DNA from: an uncultured Verrucomicrobiae bacterium
GTDB taxonomy: Bacteria; Verrucomicrobiota; Verrucomicrobiia; Chthoniobacterales; JAFAMB01
Direction: 5' to 3'
Assembly (NCBI GenBank): GCA_963813025.1
Contig: CAWEXO010000016.1
Coordinates: 1-64,000 of the forward strand
DNA: 64,000 nt
This document shows positions 21,150 through 32,277 of this stretch, in pieces. The notes below the pieces were generated by a model. That model was not told the DNA's origin. It saw only the letters and a list, made by a program, of their open reading frames with translations, and searched no databases. Position numbers and translations under genes: made by a program. Position 1 is the first letter of the stretch. Each line of letters opens with the position of its first letter.

Positions 21150-21684
21150 CAAAGCAGTACAAGGGAAAGCTTCAGACCGTTATCGAAGATCTGCAGCTAC
21201 CTAACCCAGTGATCCGCAGTCATTATGGAAAGGGTTTCCTCAAGCAGTATGTCCGCGATCACTTGTGCTTGCGCACCGAGCTAGCTACCAATGACGTCAC
21301 CGACTATCGGATCAAGAAGGCCGTGGAAAACCTGCCTCCACTGCGAGATAAGCTGGCGACTATCTGCGACAATTATCTCACGGTCCAGCAGGACATCCTG
21401 GAGACCTTCGTCGATCGAGGTCAACTGCGTAAGTTGACAGAGCCCACAGTGCTTCCCCGTGGCAGACGGATTCCGGGCTTGAAACTCGAGGCTATTCCAT
21501 TTGTCTGGTGTTTCTCAAACTCTTCGAACGCGTTTATTCACCGCTGACTGCCGACTTACTTCAGCCCTACCGGCCGGACTCCAAACTCCAGCAGCACAAG
21601 CGAACCCAGCTCGATCGTCTTTATCAAAAGATCATAGACGATCTCGACAACCTTCTTGGTGCTCTTGGCCTTAAGGCTGCCTGA
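21150..21684 (+). pseudogene. C-terminal remnant of a putative transposase of an unclassified family
   Basis: KGKLQTVIEDL...VIRSHYGKGFLKQYVRDHLCLRTELATNDVTDY...RRIPGLKL, then a shifted tail LFERVYSPLT...LDRLYQKI..DLD.LL.ALGLKAA; resembles a multicopy hypothetical/transposase family as recalled, not verified. Confidence 0.5.
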
Positions 21685-21781
21685 AACAACGAGAACAAAA
21701 TTTGCGTTATGCTTCGCATAACGGGCTAAGCGGCGACTCCCGAATCAGTCTCTCTGTTCGGCGGTTCCTGCTTCTTGCCAG

Positions 21782-22343
21782 TTAAGATTTCCTGAACGTT
21801 GTCCACGAATTCGACAAAAACTCAGAAGCTCGCGCCACTTCCTCGGCTTCTGGGAGGCCTTTTTCTTTCAGTTTCTGTCTGGCGTTCTCGACTGCCAGGA
21901 TTGCCGCGAGCAATGGAGAAGAAGCTTGATCGTGAAAGCGTTGCGCGATCGACAGCCTCTCTTCTTCGTGTCCGAACACTCTGCCGCCCTCAAACTCGAC
22001 TGATTGGGGCGTCTGCGCTAGATCCAGCATCAGATATCCAAGCTCATCTTTAATGGCAATATGCCCCGACACCGGATGTGTTTCGCCAAGGCACCGAATA
22101 GTTACAAGGCCCGAACTCTGGCACGTGATGAGCCTGCTTATCAGGTGACGAAGCAGTCTGGTCGAAGACGATCAGGTTCGCCGGCATCAAGACTCGGAGT
22201 TCCTCTTCGGAATAACCGGTCAATTCTAGGAACTTCCTGTTCCAAGTCACAAAGGAGTTCTCCTCTAGATCTACGACGGCACGCGCTAAGTCGAAGTCGC
22301 CGAAAAGTGCGCACAATTGGCCTAGTTGGTTGAAGCCGTTCAT
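21782..22343 (-). pseudogene. PAS domain plus HisKA_3-like dimerisation helix protein (frameshifted, no ATPase domain)
   Basis: WNRKFLELTGYSEEEL (PAS); EEERLSIAQRFHDQASSPL (HisKA_3-like). Confidence 0.55.
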
Positions 22344-22713
22344 CGAAACTCTTCAAAGGGCCGTTTCTACTGAAGCGGAAACGATTGTAGAACATCCGCT
22401 TTCAAATTTCAAGGTATACGACCTGTCAATGACATGCCCAGAGCTGGCTGAAAGAGATGGACTTGGTATCTCGTGCGCAAGGTCACGGGCCGCCCGATTC
22501 GATTCAGGCATGTCTCGAGATATTTCCAGAGCCGTGCCCAGCGAAGGAAGTCACCATGCCATAGACGACCCCTCAGGCCCAAATCGAACTGGTCACTGTT
22601 CGCAAACGCCGCCGCGGTTACACCGACGTCACTGCAGTGGAGCGCGATCGGCTACTACAGAAAAACTGTGAAGCCGGTGAAGAATCGTGATCACGTGCTC
22701 TGGCGTCTCCTCG

Positions 22714-23196
22714 CTAGGCCGAACTAAAGACCTCTCGCGCGACCTCTAAGCGTTTCGCCTCGACGCGGTCGCGTTGTTCCGTGGCACGCTTTTCCAGCCG
22801 CGCGTAATCCAAGTCGCGAAGTTGCGGCACTGTATCGGCAGCGGCGGCTAAAGCGGTCCAGAGGCCTCGTTTGCCGGTGATTCCCAGAACGAGGCCTTCG
22901 AGGGCGTGGAGCAGGCCCATCTGGCCCTTCTGTGAATCACTCAGTCGAATCTTCGCGCGGGAGACCTTCTCGGCCGCCCATGCGCCAGCTTTCCGCACCG
23001 CGCTTTCCTTCTTGCCGAGTTTTTCTATCAGATCCTGGAGCGTGTCTTTATCCGCGTCGATTTCCATGCGGAGATCTTTAAAGAACTGTTCGAGCGGCTT
23101 TCCTTTGTAAGTTTCGATCAGGTGATCCACCAATTCCAAAGCGCCGACGGAGCCGGCAAGGTGGTCGTTCAAGTAGGTAGTAAGGTCTTTGCTCAT
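22714..23196 (-). CDS. Conserved hypothetical protein, probable ferritin-like four-helix fold
   Basis: LTTYLNDHLAGSVGALEL...EIDAD...LEGLVLGITGKRGLW. Confidence 0.7.
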   Translation of the reverse strand: MSKDLTTYLNDHLAGSVGALELVDHLIETYKGKPLEQFFKDLRMEIDADKDTLQDLIEKLGKKESAVRKAGAWAAEKVSRAKIRLSDSQKGQMGLLHALEGLVLGITGKRGLWTALAAAADTVPQLRDLDYARLEKRATEQRDRVEAKRLEVAREVFSSA

Positions 23197-23465
23197 ATTG
23201 CATTTTACCCGCTCATCTTTCAATCGACCATTTATTTGGCGGCAGCCGCCGACAGTTCGTCAACTGATTTCTTATACCAGGCTGGCGTTCTGTAGCGCAG
23301 GAGGAAGAAAATTGTTTTAAGCACTTCCTCCAACGCTCTTGAACCGAATACCCCCCACACTGAAAGCCGCAGGATGAACCCTGAAAACAAGGCGGCGGGT
23401 ACTCCGATGCCATAGCTTCCCAAGGCGTGACCTAGCAGGACGTACTTAGTGTCTCCGCCACTAGG

Positions 23466-23547
23466 AAGGACGCAGCGAAGTACAAAGAATTCATCCTTCC
23501 TCTCATCTTCACCAAACGTCTGTGCGACGTATTCGATGACGAGCTGA
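23466..23547 (+). pseudogene. hsdM: Small fragment of a type I restriction-modification M subunit N-terminus
   Basis: Manual translation [27 protein letters not shown] matches the HsdM_N motif (YKxxILPLIFxKRLxD). Confidence 0.65.
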
Positions 23548-24212
23548 GGGCGGCGTTACGGCCAACGCAATGAGAGAGCCTTCGGTTGTGCCCGCCAGAT
23601 CCTCGCGCGCGCTTGACGAGACGCATCCGCAGACGTCGCTTCGGAGTTGCGCCTGCCCATCGGCTATGTACTCCTCGGCCTCGACCAAGAGGGAAAGTTT
23701 GTAGCTGCTTCCGGCTTAGGTTACGTTGTATTCTAGACTCGCTCAGGTCCGCGCGGATCAGCGCGATAAAGAAATCTCGCCGAACCGAAACGGGAAATAA
23801 GCAGACCCGCGGATTTAGCCGCTCATGCCGCTGTCGTCTGCAAGGCTTTTGAAACTTCCTGCCGGAGGGAAAGTCTAACATTTACTCACCATGTTGTTGT
23901 CGCCTCCGCTGCCGCCTGAACAAGCCGAATGCTGGAAAAGCTTTTCCAAACGCGGGAAGTTGACCGAAGGCGAAGCCGGAGCCATACAATGTTCCAGTGA
24001 TGGGAAACACGTCGGAGCAATTGTCGCCTGGAGTTTTGGAGTATCTCACCCGAAATCATCTGTATTTTAACCACCTGTACGCCGCGCTTCACGGGTATTT
24101 TGCAGCCGTCTATCCGGTCGAGTCCAAACAACTACAGGATCGCTAACAGAAACGAGGCCATCTTCCAAACTCTGGATTTCACGCCCTACGTGAAACGCTT
24201 TGGCAAACATGC

Positions 24213-24705
24213 GTGCTCGGAGTTTGGAAGCTAAACTACGATCAAACCGCGGATCGGAAGGGCCCGATCCAGACCGAGTATCATATTCAGCACCCAGATC
24301 GAAAGAGGCTCCTTCGGGAATTGGAGGATCATTTTAACCAGAGGAAAAAAACGCTAAACGAGTTCGACTTGTCTGTCCTGGGTTCATGCGCAATTAAAAT
24401 TGACCGGCCATTTTCGGAAGTTCTTTCGGAGATCAAGGATACCGCGCGGTACCTTAGGCGATTTCAGAAGGCAATTGGTGGCTACCGCAACTTCACGATC
24501 GGTCACTGGGATCCCAACATGTGGAGGCTTCCGAACCCTCCAGAGTTTACTCCGCCAACCATGCCCGGATGGTTGGATATTAAACGGGTGATCTCAAAGA
24601 CGGCGCGGCTTCACGAGTTGCTTGCAAACGAACTAGTGGGCAATCCGGCCTCAGTAATCTCGGGATACCAGCAAGCGTTCGAAAATACTTTCCTAGCGTT
24701 CTGGA
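24213..24705 (+). pseudogene. Hypothetical protein truncated by IS6 insertion
   Basis: The 174-aa ORF reads into the IS6 left inverted repeat; no recognisable motif. Confidence 0.35.
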
Positions 24706-25529
24706 GGAAGTGTTGCAACTTTGCAGGAGTGCTTTGATAAGCTAGGCCGATATGGTCCTCGCACCCTCGGTCGCCGGTCTGTTCAAATGGCGCCAATTTG
24801 AACCGGAAATGATCCTACTGGCTGTGGGCTGGTACTTGCGTTTTTCACTGTCGTACCGCGACGTCGAGGAACTCCTTGCTGAGCGCGGACTTTTTGTCGA
24901 CCACGTCACCGTCTGGAGGTGGGTCCAACGTTACGCCCCGGAAATTAAGCGCCGATTGCGACCGCGGCTCCGACCGACCAACGACTCTTGGCGGATAGAC
25001 GAAACCTATATCCGGGTCAAGGGCAAGTGGGTGTATCTATACGGGCTGTCGACTCCACCGGTGCGACGATCGACTTTCTTCTCTCGGCTAAACGCGACGC
25101 AGCAGCAGCCGAGCGTTTTCTCGCCAAAGGCTTGGGCGGAGGGAACCATCCGACGCCGCGCGTAATCAACACCGATGAGCACGCCGGTTATCCACCAGCC
25201 ATCATTCAACTCAAAGCCGACGGTGTTCTGGAGGAGAACTGCCGGCATCGACCAGTGCAGTATCTTAGTAACGTCTTGGAACAGGACCATCGGGCCATCA
25301 AACGCCGGGCGCGTGCAAGCCAGCATTTTCGTTCATTCTGGGGAGCTTGGCGTACGATCGCCGGCTATGAAGCGATCCATATGATCCGCAAAGGCCAAGC
25401 GTGCTGGAGTGCAGCGGCTGGAATGACCGTTTTGTTTCATCGCTTTATTCTCGGTCTGTTCGCTGCGAATAGCTAAATGTCCAATCATCTACGCCTACCT
25501 TCGCTCGACTACAAAGTTGCAACACATCC
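24706..25529 (+). mobile_element. IS6-family insertion sequence; transposase 24752..25476 with a frameshift at about 25040
   Basis: IRL GGAAGTGTTGCAACTTTG and IRR CAAAGTTGCAACACATCC (17/18 match); FKWRQF...WYLRFSLSYRDVEE...WRIDETY...EQDHRAIK. Confidence 0.92.
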
Positions 25530-25535
25530 GTTTAA

Positions 25536-26384
25536 TCAGCCCTTGACAGCTCCGGAAAGCAGGCCCGCGATAAAATACTTCTGAACGAAAGTGTAAAGGA
25601 GCAGAAGCGGGACGGCGATGATCACCAGAATGGCAAACAATGCCGCAGGATTTGCCATATACATTCCTGAATACTGCATCGGAACCAAGGTGACGGTTTT
25701 GCGACTGCTATCGGTCATGACCACCAGTGCCAAAAAGAATTCATTCCACGTCACGATAAATTGCCACACAGCAACGAAAATGACGGCCGGCTTAATCAGC
25801 GGAATAGCAATGTGACGGAACACCTGCCAAGCCGTGCAACCATCGATCAGGGCCGCCTCAAACAAGTCTCGCGGCGAGTCATCCATGAAGGTTTTGATGA
25901 TGACGATCGCGTACGGGATTCCTAACGCGGCGTATGGCATAATCAAACCCTGGTAGGTGTTAATCCATCCAAAACTCTTGAGCATAATGGCGAGCGGGAG
26001 GACGATCGAAGCGACCGGAATCATCAGAGTGGTTAGTAAGCTCGTAAACAGAAACGTCGTAGCTCTGAGCCTCAGGACCGATGCGGCAAAGGCAAAGGTC
26101 GAAGCGAACGCCAAGACGATAATGACGGTCGCGATCGTGACGAGCAAACTGTTACCAAAAAAGTTCAAGAGCGGATTTTCCCGCATGACGGTGATAAAAT
26201 TCTCTAGTGTAATCGGCAGCGTGAATAGCTGTGGTTCGAACGCGGCGTCCGGAGGCCTGAGCGCAACGCTTACCATGTAGATTTCAGGAACCATCCAGAA
26301 CAGGAGCACCACGCTCAATATTAGCTTAGCCCAGACACCCGTCGAGATGCGGGGTCCAGTAGGTTCGGCGAACCGTCGGCTCAT
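25536..26384 (-). CDS. Carbohydrate ABC transporter permease (MalG-like)
   Basis: EAALIDGC EAA loop, WNEFF, GAVKG terminus. Confidence 0.92.
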   Translation of the reverse strand: MSRRFAEPTGPRISTGVWAKLILSVVLLFWMVPEIYMVSVALRPPDAAFEPQLFTLPITLENFITVMRENPLLNFFGNSLLVTIATVIIVLAFASTFAFAASVLRLRATTFLFTSLLTTLMIPVASIVLPLAIMLKSFGWINTYQGLIMPYAALGIPYAIVIIKTFMDDSPRDLFEAALIDGCTAWQVFRHIAIPLIKPAVIFVAVWQFIVTWNEFFLALVVMTDSSRKTVTLVPMQYSGMYMANPAALFAILVIIAVPLLLLYTFVQKYFIAGLLSGAVKG

Positions 26385-27319
26385 ACGAAGCGTTTTTGGT
26401 TTGGGCTTAAACGGGCGCCGAAGACCACGATCTGGATCACGGACAACGCCAAAGCAATGATCAACACCAGCGTGGATAAAGCCGAGGCGTATTCCGTATT
26501 TCCAATAACAAAGCCTTGCTTAAAGATGTAGGTACCGAAAATCTCGCTAGCGTGGTCGGGCCCTCCATCGGTCATCAGTTGGACGATGGGAAACGTTTGC
26601 AAGGTGCCGATGACACCGAGAAGCAGCAGTGATCGCGTTACCGGAGAAAGCAACGGTACGATGATGCGGGTTGCGAGTTGCCAGCCATGAGCTCCATCGA
26701 TTCTCGCTGCATCCCAGAGTTCGCTCGGTATACTATTTAACCCAGCGACGTACATGATCATCGAAAAACCGGTCCATTGCCAGATGTTCACCACAATCAA
26801 CGCATAGATCACAAGGCTCGGATCGCCGAGTGGAGAGGTGGTTAGCTGTATACCAACGACTTTGGCATACTGCTGGATGATACCATAGTAGGGAGCGTAC
26901 ATCTGGGACCAGACAATACTCACAACCGACACGCTGGTAATGACCGGTAAAAAAAACGTGACACGGAAAAACGTTTTCGAGCGGGCCGTGTACCTTTCGA
27001 TCAAGTAGGCGATCGTTCCACCAAACACCATCTGAACGGGAATAGTGATTAATCCCCAGAGGAACATGTTCACCAATACTCGCCAGAACACCGGGTCTTG
27101 GAAAAGCTGCCAATAATGGTCTAGCCCGACAAAAACGGCAGGATGCGAACTGCCGCTGCCATGCAGGCTTTCAGAGATCACCCAGAGGATCGGATAAGCA
27201 ACGAAGACCACGAACATGAAGACAGCTGGGAATACATAGATGTAGTGGAGCGCCGGACTTTGCACGCGCCGCTTCACCGTGGTGACATTGTCGGACACGT
27301 CTGCAGCCAACGTCTTCAT
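26381..27319 (-). CDS. Carbohydrate ABC transporter permease (MalF-like)
   Basis: FVGLDHY, WQWTGFSM, DAARIDGA, TDGGP; start approximate (MKTLAAD). Confidence 0.9.
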   Translation of the reverse strand: MKTLAADVSDNVTTVKRRVQSPALHYIYVFPAVFMFVVFVAYPILWVISESLHGSGSSHPAVFVGLDHYWQLFQDPVFWRVLVNMFLWGLITIPVQMVFGGTIAYLIERYTARSKTFFRVTFFLPVITSVSVVSIVWSQMYAPYYGIIQQYAKVVGIQLTTSPLGDPSLVIYALIVVNIWQWTGFSMIMYVAGLNSIPSELWDAARIDGAHGWQLATRIIVPLLSPVTRSLLLLGVIGTLQTFPIVQLMTDGGPDHASEIFGTYIFKQGFVIGNTEYASALSTLVLIIALALSVIQIVVFGARLSPNQKRFV

Positions 27320-27406
27320 TTCCGGGCCATGCAACAGTGTTCCTAATTCTGGTCGACCCGACATTTGCGGTACGGCCCCGCAGCAAATCAAGGGCTAGCA
27401 TTCAAG

Positions 27407-28690
27407 TCACTTCAAGGTTTTGTCGGTTACGTCTTGGATTCGCTTCAGAGCGTCCTTTGAGGAGGTCGTCCCCGAGGCGACGCCGGCGAGAGCGTTGTCG
27501 AGGGCGTCGCCGATCTCCGGATGCGCGATGCGCTGGTTTTCGGCGTGAGGCAGATCAGCGATGAACCGATCATACATCTGCTTGATGTTCGGCGTAATCT
27601 CACCTTGAGGTTCAAACCCAGTGAAGGCTGGGAGATCATTAAGGTCATTGAGAGCCTGTTGTAAGGCTACGCCCTTTACGAGCGACGCTAAGAATTTCCA
27701 AGCCTCAGGATTGTTTGCGCCGTTCTTGGAGAGAGCGTAGCCGATGTCAACGCCACCAACCGGCCGGCTGGGTTTGCCACCCGTAGTGAGCGCAGGAAAA
27801 TAAAAAAAATCGAATCCGTTCATATTCTGGATGAAGTGGGAGAGGGGGGGCGGGAATTTGCTTTCTTGCATCCACCAGGAGCCAAGTGCCATCATCCCGA
27901 CCCGACCTTGAGCGAATAGTTGTGCGCCAGTCGGATAGGCCCGGGCGCCTAAAGCGCCTTCCTGGAATACGTGGTCTTTGAAGAGCATGCTCCAGGCTTC
28001 CATCGCAGAGACCAGAACGGGCGAAGTCCAAGGAGCTTTCCCTGCCTGGGCTTGCTCTACGAGTCCTGGAGACAACTGATTGGCGATCATGAGAAATACG
28101 TTTTCGTTCTGCCAACCGTCAGCGGCTCCTTGATACATCGGGATGTAACCGTTGTCGCTCAGCTTTTTTGCTGCGTTGACCAGCTCCAGGTAGGTTTGTG
28201 GAACAGTTAGCCCGAGCTTATTGAAAATCTCTTTGTTATACCAAATGGCCAGCACTTGGCATTCCTGCGGCAAGAGGTAATAGTTAGAGTCGTTCGGTGG
28301 ATTACCCATAGTGAGCTGCTTCAAGGCGACCGGAAACACCGTTGCCTTCCAGTCGTCGCCCCACTCTTTTGCCGCATAAGAGTTCAGAGGAACTAGCTGT
28401 TCTCGGTATTGTTGGGTTAGGGATCCTGGCTGTAGACCAATAATGTCAGGCAAGCTATTTGAGGCTGCAGCCGCCTTTAGGGCGGTGATGTACTGAGGAG
28501 AATAGTTGTAGTATGTATACTTCACCTTCAGGCCGGGATTTTTCTCCTCAAAAGCTTTGATGGATTTTTCCATAGTGCTGGCGATGAACCAGGACCAGAC
28601 GGTGATTTCCTTATTCTCTACCCCGTTGGCTGATGGTGCCGACAGGAAAGCTAACCCGCAAAGGGCGCCGACAATTCTATATATTTTCAT
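27407..28690 (-). CDS. Carbohydrate ABC transporter substrate-binding protein
   Basis: Signal peptide, ITVWSW, LPDII, IWYNKEIF, FAQGRVGM. Confidence 0.9.
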   Translation of the reverse strand: MKIYRIVGALCGLAFLSAPSANGVENKEITVWSWFIASTMEKSIKAFEEKNPGLKVKYTYYNYSPQYITALKAAAASNSLPDIIGLQPGSLTQQYREQLVPLNSYAAKEWGDDWKATVFPVALKQLTMGNPPNDSNYYLLPQECQVLAIWYNKEIFNKLGLTVPQTYLELVNAAKKLSDNGYIPMYQGAADGWQNENVFLMIANQLSPGLVEQAQAGKAPWTSPVLVSAMEAWSMLFKDHVFQEGALGARAYPTGAQLFAQGRVGMMALGSWWMQESKFPPPLSHFIQNMNGFDFFYFPALTTGGKPSRPVGGVDIGYALSKNGANNPEAWKFLASLVKGVALQQALNDLNDLPAFTGFEPQGEITPNIKQMYDRFIADLPHAENQRIAHPEIGDALDNALAGVASGTTSSKDALKRIQDVTDKTLK

Positions 28691-28748
28691 CTGGGGGATT
28701 GTTGGGTTGAGTGGGTGCGTTTTATAAGGGAAAGCAGCGCGTTCGAGA

Positions 28749-30257
28749 TCATATGGCTCTCGCGAATTGATTCGCTAAGCGGCCATACAGTTCGAGCTTT
28801 TCTCGGTAATGCCGGTGTTTCTTTTGATCGGGTTCAAATCTCTGCCCAGTCCGGATGATAGTGGCAACGGCTGTCTGGGGTGAATCAAAAATGCCGATGC
28901 CGCATCCGGCGAGTAGCGCAGCGCCCAGGCAAGCGGCATCCTCGACTTTAAGGGTCTCAATCGGCCTGCCAAGAATATTCGCTTTGATCCGCAACCAGGC
29001 AGGAGAGCGGGAGCCGCCGCCGCCACACCGAAACATTTTCACCTGCCGGTCAATTTCAGGGACATGGGATAACCCCGCCGCTTGCTCGTAAGTGATTCCT
29101 TCGAGAAGGGCTTTGACGATTTCCTCAAGCCGCGTTTCGAATGTTAACCCGATGAGGGCTCCCTTGGCGGCAGGATCATTTCGAACTGATCCACTTCCAG
29201 CAAAATAGGGGAGCAGTATCAAGTCGCCGGGCTGATCATCGATCAGTTCAATCAACCCCTCGATTGGTGTGGCAGCGGGGCGAACCTTCGAATCCGCGAC
29301 TCTGACAAAGGTTTGCCTAAACCACTCGAGGAGCCGGCCGCCCGTCTGGCTACCAATTAATGCGAGATGTTTTCCAGTTACGACGTGCGGATAGCACGGG
29401 ACATTCTTCTCGGGGAGCGAATTTGAGGGATTCTCGATTACTGCCGCGATCACTTCGGTCGTTCCAATGGAATAGAGTGCCATCTGCGAATCGACCACAC
29501 CGGCACCCAGTGCGGCGCACGCCTGGTCGTGACCGCCCACGACGATGTCAATCCCTGGAGCGAGGCCGAGATTTCTGGCAGTAGCATCGGACATCTTTCC
29601 AACAACTGTGCCGCTGGGTACGACCGGTGCGAGACGGCTCGATTCCAGTTCCGCGTGGTACAAGAGTTCTTGAGACCAAAGCTTCTGGTGAATGTCGTAG
29701 GCCATCGTTCTAGATGCCATCGACTCATCGATGATCGGCTCGACCCCAAGACGTGATAGAATGAATTCACCGTAACAATAAAATTTCCGGGTTCGCTCAT
29801 ACAGATCGGGGCAGTGCTCATGCCACCACATGATTTTCGTCAGGGAGGATAAGGAACTCAGTGGTTGGCCGGTGATCTGAGCAATTCGCAGGGGATCAAG
29901 CCGTTTGCTCAAACGATCCGCGTACGCAACACCCCGCGTATCGGCGCTAACGGGGCTACGAGCAAGAGGACGTCCTTCTTTACCAATCGGGATAACCGCT
30001 TCGCCTTGAACGGAGAGAGCGAGAGCTCTAATCGGCTTTGTGCCGTATTCTCGACCAATCCGCCATAGGCATGAAGCAACGGCTGCCCACACTTCTTCAG
30101 GATCTAATTCGAAAAAGCCCGGCGCAGGATGGTGGAGTGCATACGATTGATGCGTGCGGGCAATCGCGCCGGCAGTGGTGTCGAATAGCATGGCCTTCGT
30201 TCCGCTAGTACCGACATCAAGGCCCAAAAGCAAAATTGCCTCTCTCTCAGCGGACAT
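28749..30257 (-). CDS. FGGY-family carbohydrate kinase
   Basis: GLDVGTSGTKA, GGHDQ, SIGTT, GGGSRS, LGAALLAG. Confidence 0.92.
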   Translation of the reverse strand: MSAEREAILLLGLDVGTSGTKAMLFDTTAGAIARTHQSYALHHPAPGFFELDPEEVWAAVASCLWRIGREYGTKPIRALALSVQGEAVIPIGKEGRPLARSPVSADTRGVAYADRLSKRLDPLRIAQITGQPLSSLSSLTKIMWWHEHCPDLYERTRKFYCYGEFILSRLGVEPIIDESMASRTMAYDIHQKLWSQELLYHAELESSRLAPVVPSGTVVGKMSDATARNLGLAPGIDIVVGGHDQACAALGAGVVDSQMALYSIGTTEVIAAVIENPSNSLPEKNVPCYPHVVTGKHLALIGSQTGGRLLEWFRQTFVRVADSKVRPAATPIEGLIELIDDQPGDLILLPYFAGSGSVRNDPAAKGALIGLTFETRLEEIVKALLEGITYEQAAGLSHVPEIDRQVKMFRCGGGGSRSPAWLRIKANILGRPIETLKVEDAACLGAALLAGCGIGIFDSPQTAVATIIRTGQRFEPDQKKHRHYREKLELYGRLANQFARAI

Positions 30258-30295
30258 AGGCTATGGTTTGGTGGCGCGAACCGTCATCTCTCTTC

Positions 30296-30925
30296 TCACA
30301 AAAAGTTTGGCGATGGGAGATCGTCGATTGCACTCTGAGGAAGCGGTTTCACTCCGCCAAGCGTTGCTGCGGCCCACACGGTTTTTGCATAGGCTTCCAC
30401 GACTTCCAAGCGATGGTAAGCTTCACAAACGTCTTTTCCCACCGCTGTTGCACCGTGATTCTGGAGGAGGAAGACATTGTGCTTGCGGCAATGGGGTGCG
30501 AGTGCAGCGGCGAGCTTGGCCGACGATGGACGACCATAAGGGATGAGGGGTACGTGTCCAATCGTAGCAATCAGTTCCGGCAGGATATTTTCCGGCAACG
30601 CCTGGTGTGCAGCCGCGAAAGCAGTACAGAAAACGGGATGCCCGTGCGCTACCCCGCCGACGCCGGGGCGTTGCCGATAAAACTCAAGATGCATAAACTT
30701 TTCAGATGTTGGCTCGAGGTCCCCCTCGAGGACCGTCGCGTCGAGATCGAGCCGAACAAGCATTTCCGGTTCGATCTCTCCTTTGTTCATCCCCGAAGGA
30801 GTCATCAGGATCGTGCCATCCTTATCGCGAGCGCTCACGTTCCCTTCGGTACCAGCCACTAACCCCTTAGCTGCCATCAGCCGGCAATAGCGTACGATTT
30901 CTTCCTGCAGATTAGTAAACTTCAT
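30296..30925 (-). CDS. Class II aldolase/epimerase (FucA/AraD family)
   Basis: EGNVSAR, TPSG, PTSEKFMH, HGHP, LQNHG. Confidence 0.9.
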   Translation of the reverse strand: MKFTNLQEEIVRYCRLMAAKGLVAGTEGNVSARDKDGTILMTPSGMNKGEIEPEMLVRLDLDATVLEGDLEPTSEKFMHLEFYRQRPGVGGVAHGHPVFCTAFAAAHQALPENILPELIATIGHVPLIPYGRPSSAKLAAALAPHCRKHNVFLLQNHGATAVGKDVCEAYHRLEVVEAYAKTVWAAATLGGVKPLPQSAIDDLPSPNFL

Positions 30926-30970
30926 AATTCATCGAATTTCACAAAATCGTCGTATTCGGTCCGCGTAAGA

Positions 30971-31879
30971 TCATGGCTGATCTTCTTGTGTACGAACTCT
31001 TGTAATCGCTTGTTCAAACGGGTCCGGCCCCGCGGCGGAATCGCTGTCTTTCGGGTGCTTGCGCATCAGCGCCGTGCACAAGACGTCGATGATAGCCAGC
31101 TGGGAGATTCGGGTCGCTACGTTTTCACGGGCTGCCATTTCCGGGTGAACGGCGGAAATGAGTAAAATGTCCGCCAGCCGAGCCGCCGTGGCGCCCCCGT
31201 TGCTCGTCAAAACGATCGTAGTTGCTTCACGTTTTCTTGCTGCTTGCAATGCATCAACCAGGTCTCGGGACTTGCCCGAGTGCGTGATGCCAAACAGTAC
31301 CGCGCCCGGCTCTAAGCTGGTGGTAATCACTGTGAGAATGTGCGGATCCCAGCAGACATTGGCTCGCACGCCGAGACGCAGAAGCCGCTGGTACAGGTCC
31401 AGCGCGACAGGTGCGGAGCTACCAAATCCAACAAGAAAAACTGCCGGCGCCATCATTAGCGCCGCGACCGCGTGTTCCAACGTTTGGCCATCGAGTAACT
31501 GCTGAGTTTGCAGAAGAACGTCGGCGTTGGCGGCGACGACTCTTTTTGCCAGAGAAAGCAGCGACCCGTCTCCGGCTTCAGCCGGGTTCTGTTCACTCGC
31601 TCTGAGCCGCAGGCCTTTCGCCACACCGACACTCTGGACAAGAGCCAAACGCAATTCCCGATAGCCGCTGTAACCGATGCTCTTGCAAAATCGAACGATG
31701 GTGGTTTCGGTCACACCGGTCTCGTGAGCAAACCGGCTAATTGGAAGATCGACGATTTGTTTCCGTTCCTGGAGCAACCAGGTGGCAAGTCGCGCGGTTG
31801 TAGTATCGCCGACTCCCGAGGCATGTAGAAGCCGTTGCATGGAATCGGGAGCACCAACCCGAAAATCGCTAACGTCCAT
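30971..31879 (-). CDS. RpiR/MurR family regulator (HTH plus SIS)
   Basis: TTIVRFCKSIGYSGY, GFGSS, ITHSGKS. Confidence 0.9.
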   Translation of the reverse strand: MDVSDFRVGAPDSMQRLLHASGVGDTTTARLATWLLQERKQIVDLPISRFAHETGVTETTIVRFCKSIGYSGYRELRLALVQSVGVAKGLRLRASEQNPAEAGDGSLLSLAKRVVAANADVLLQTQQLLDGQTLEHAVAALMMAPAVFLVGFGSSAPVALDLYQRLLRLGVRANVCWDPHILTVITTSLEPGAVLFGITHSGKSRDLVDALQAARKREATTIVLTSNGGATAARLADILLISAVHPEMAARENVATRISQLAIIDVLCTALMRKHPKDSDSAAGPDPFEQAITRVRTQEDQP

Positions 31880-31895
31880 AGTAACTGACTTGGAT

Positions 31896-31957
31896 TGTGA
31901 CAGTAAGTAACATCGCGGCGCTCCATGTCAAAGATTCTTGGTCACAGTATTTTCACA
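31896..31957. promoter_or_regulatory. Two candidate RpiR-family operator sites
   Basis: TGTGACAGTAAGTAACA (31896-31912) and GTCACAGTATTTTCACA (31941-31957), related imperfect palindromes upstream of the RpiR gene. Confidence 0.35.
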
Positions 31958-32277
31958 TTCAAGCTGGGGGATTGCCCGAGTGGGCCGAGTGGAAGTAAGA
32001 GGAATTTCTGGCGAACTGGCTGTCGTCAAGTCTGCGCGACATACTACGATTTCCGCGTCAAGAGGTGGAATCGTGCCAATTGTCGCGCACGTTGCGCAAT
32101 AGGGAAAAAATGATTGACTATAACAGAAGAGTCCAAGCCTCAAATGCGGTCGATGGCGCCTCCGAGTTTCGATTGAGGGGTCTATGCGACGGCCAGCCAT
32201 TTTTAGGAGGGCGCTTGGCTCGTCTAAATGCACCTGGATAGATATTTCACAGCTATGTGAGCGCAGATTCCGTTTCT

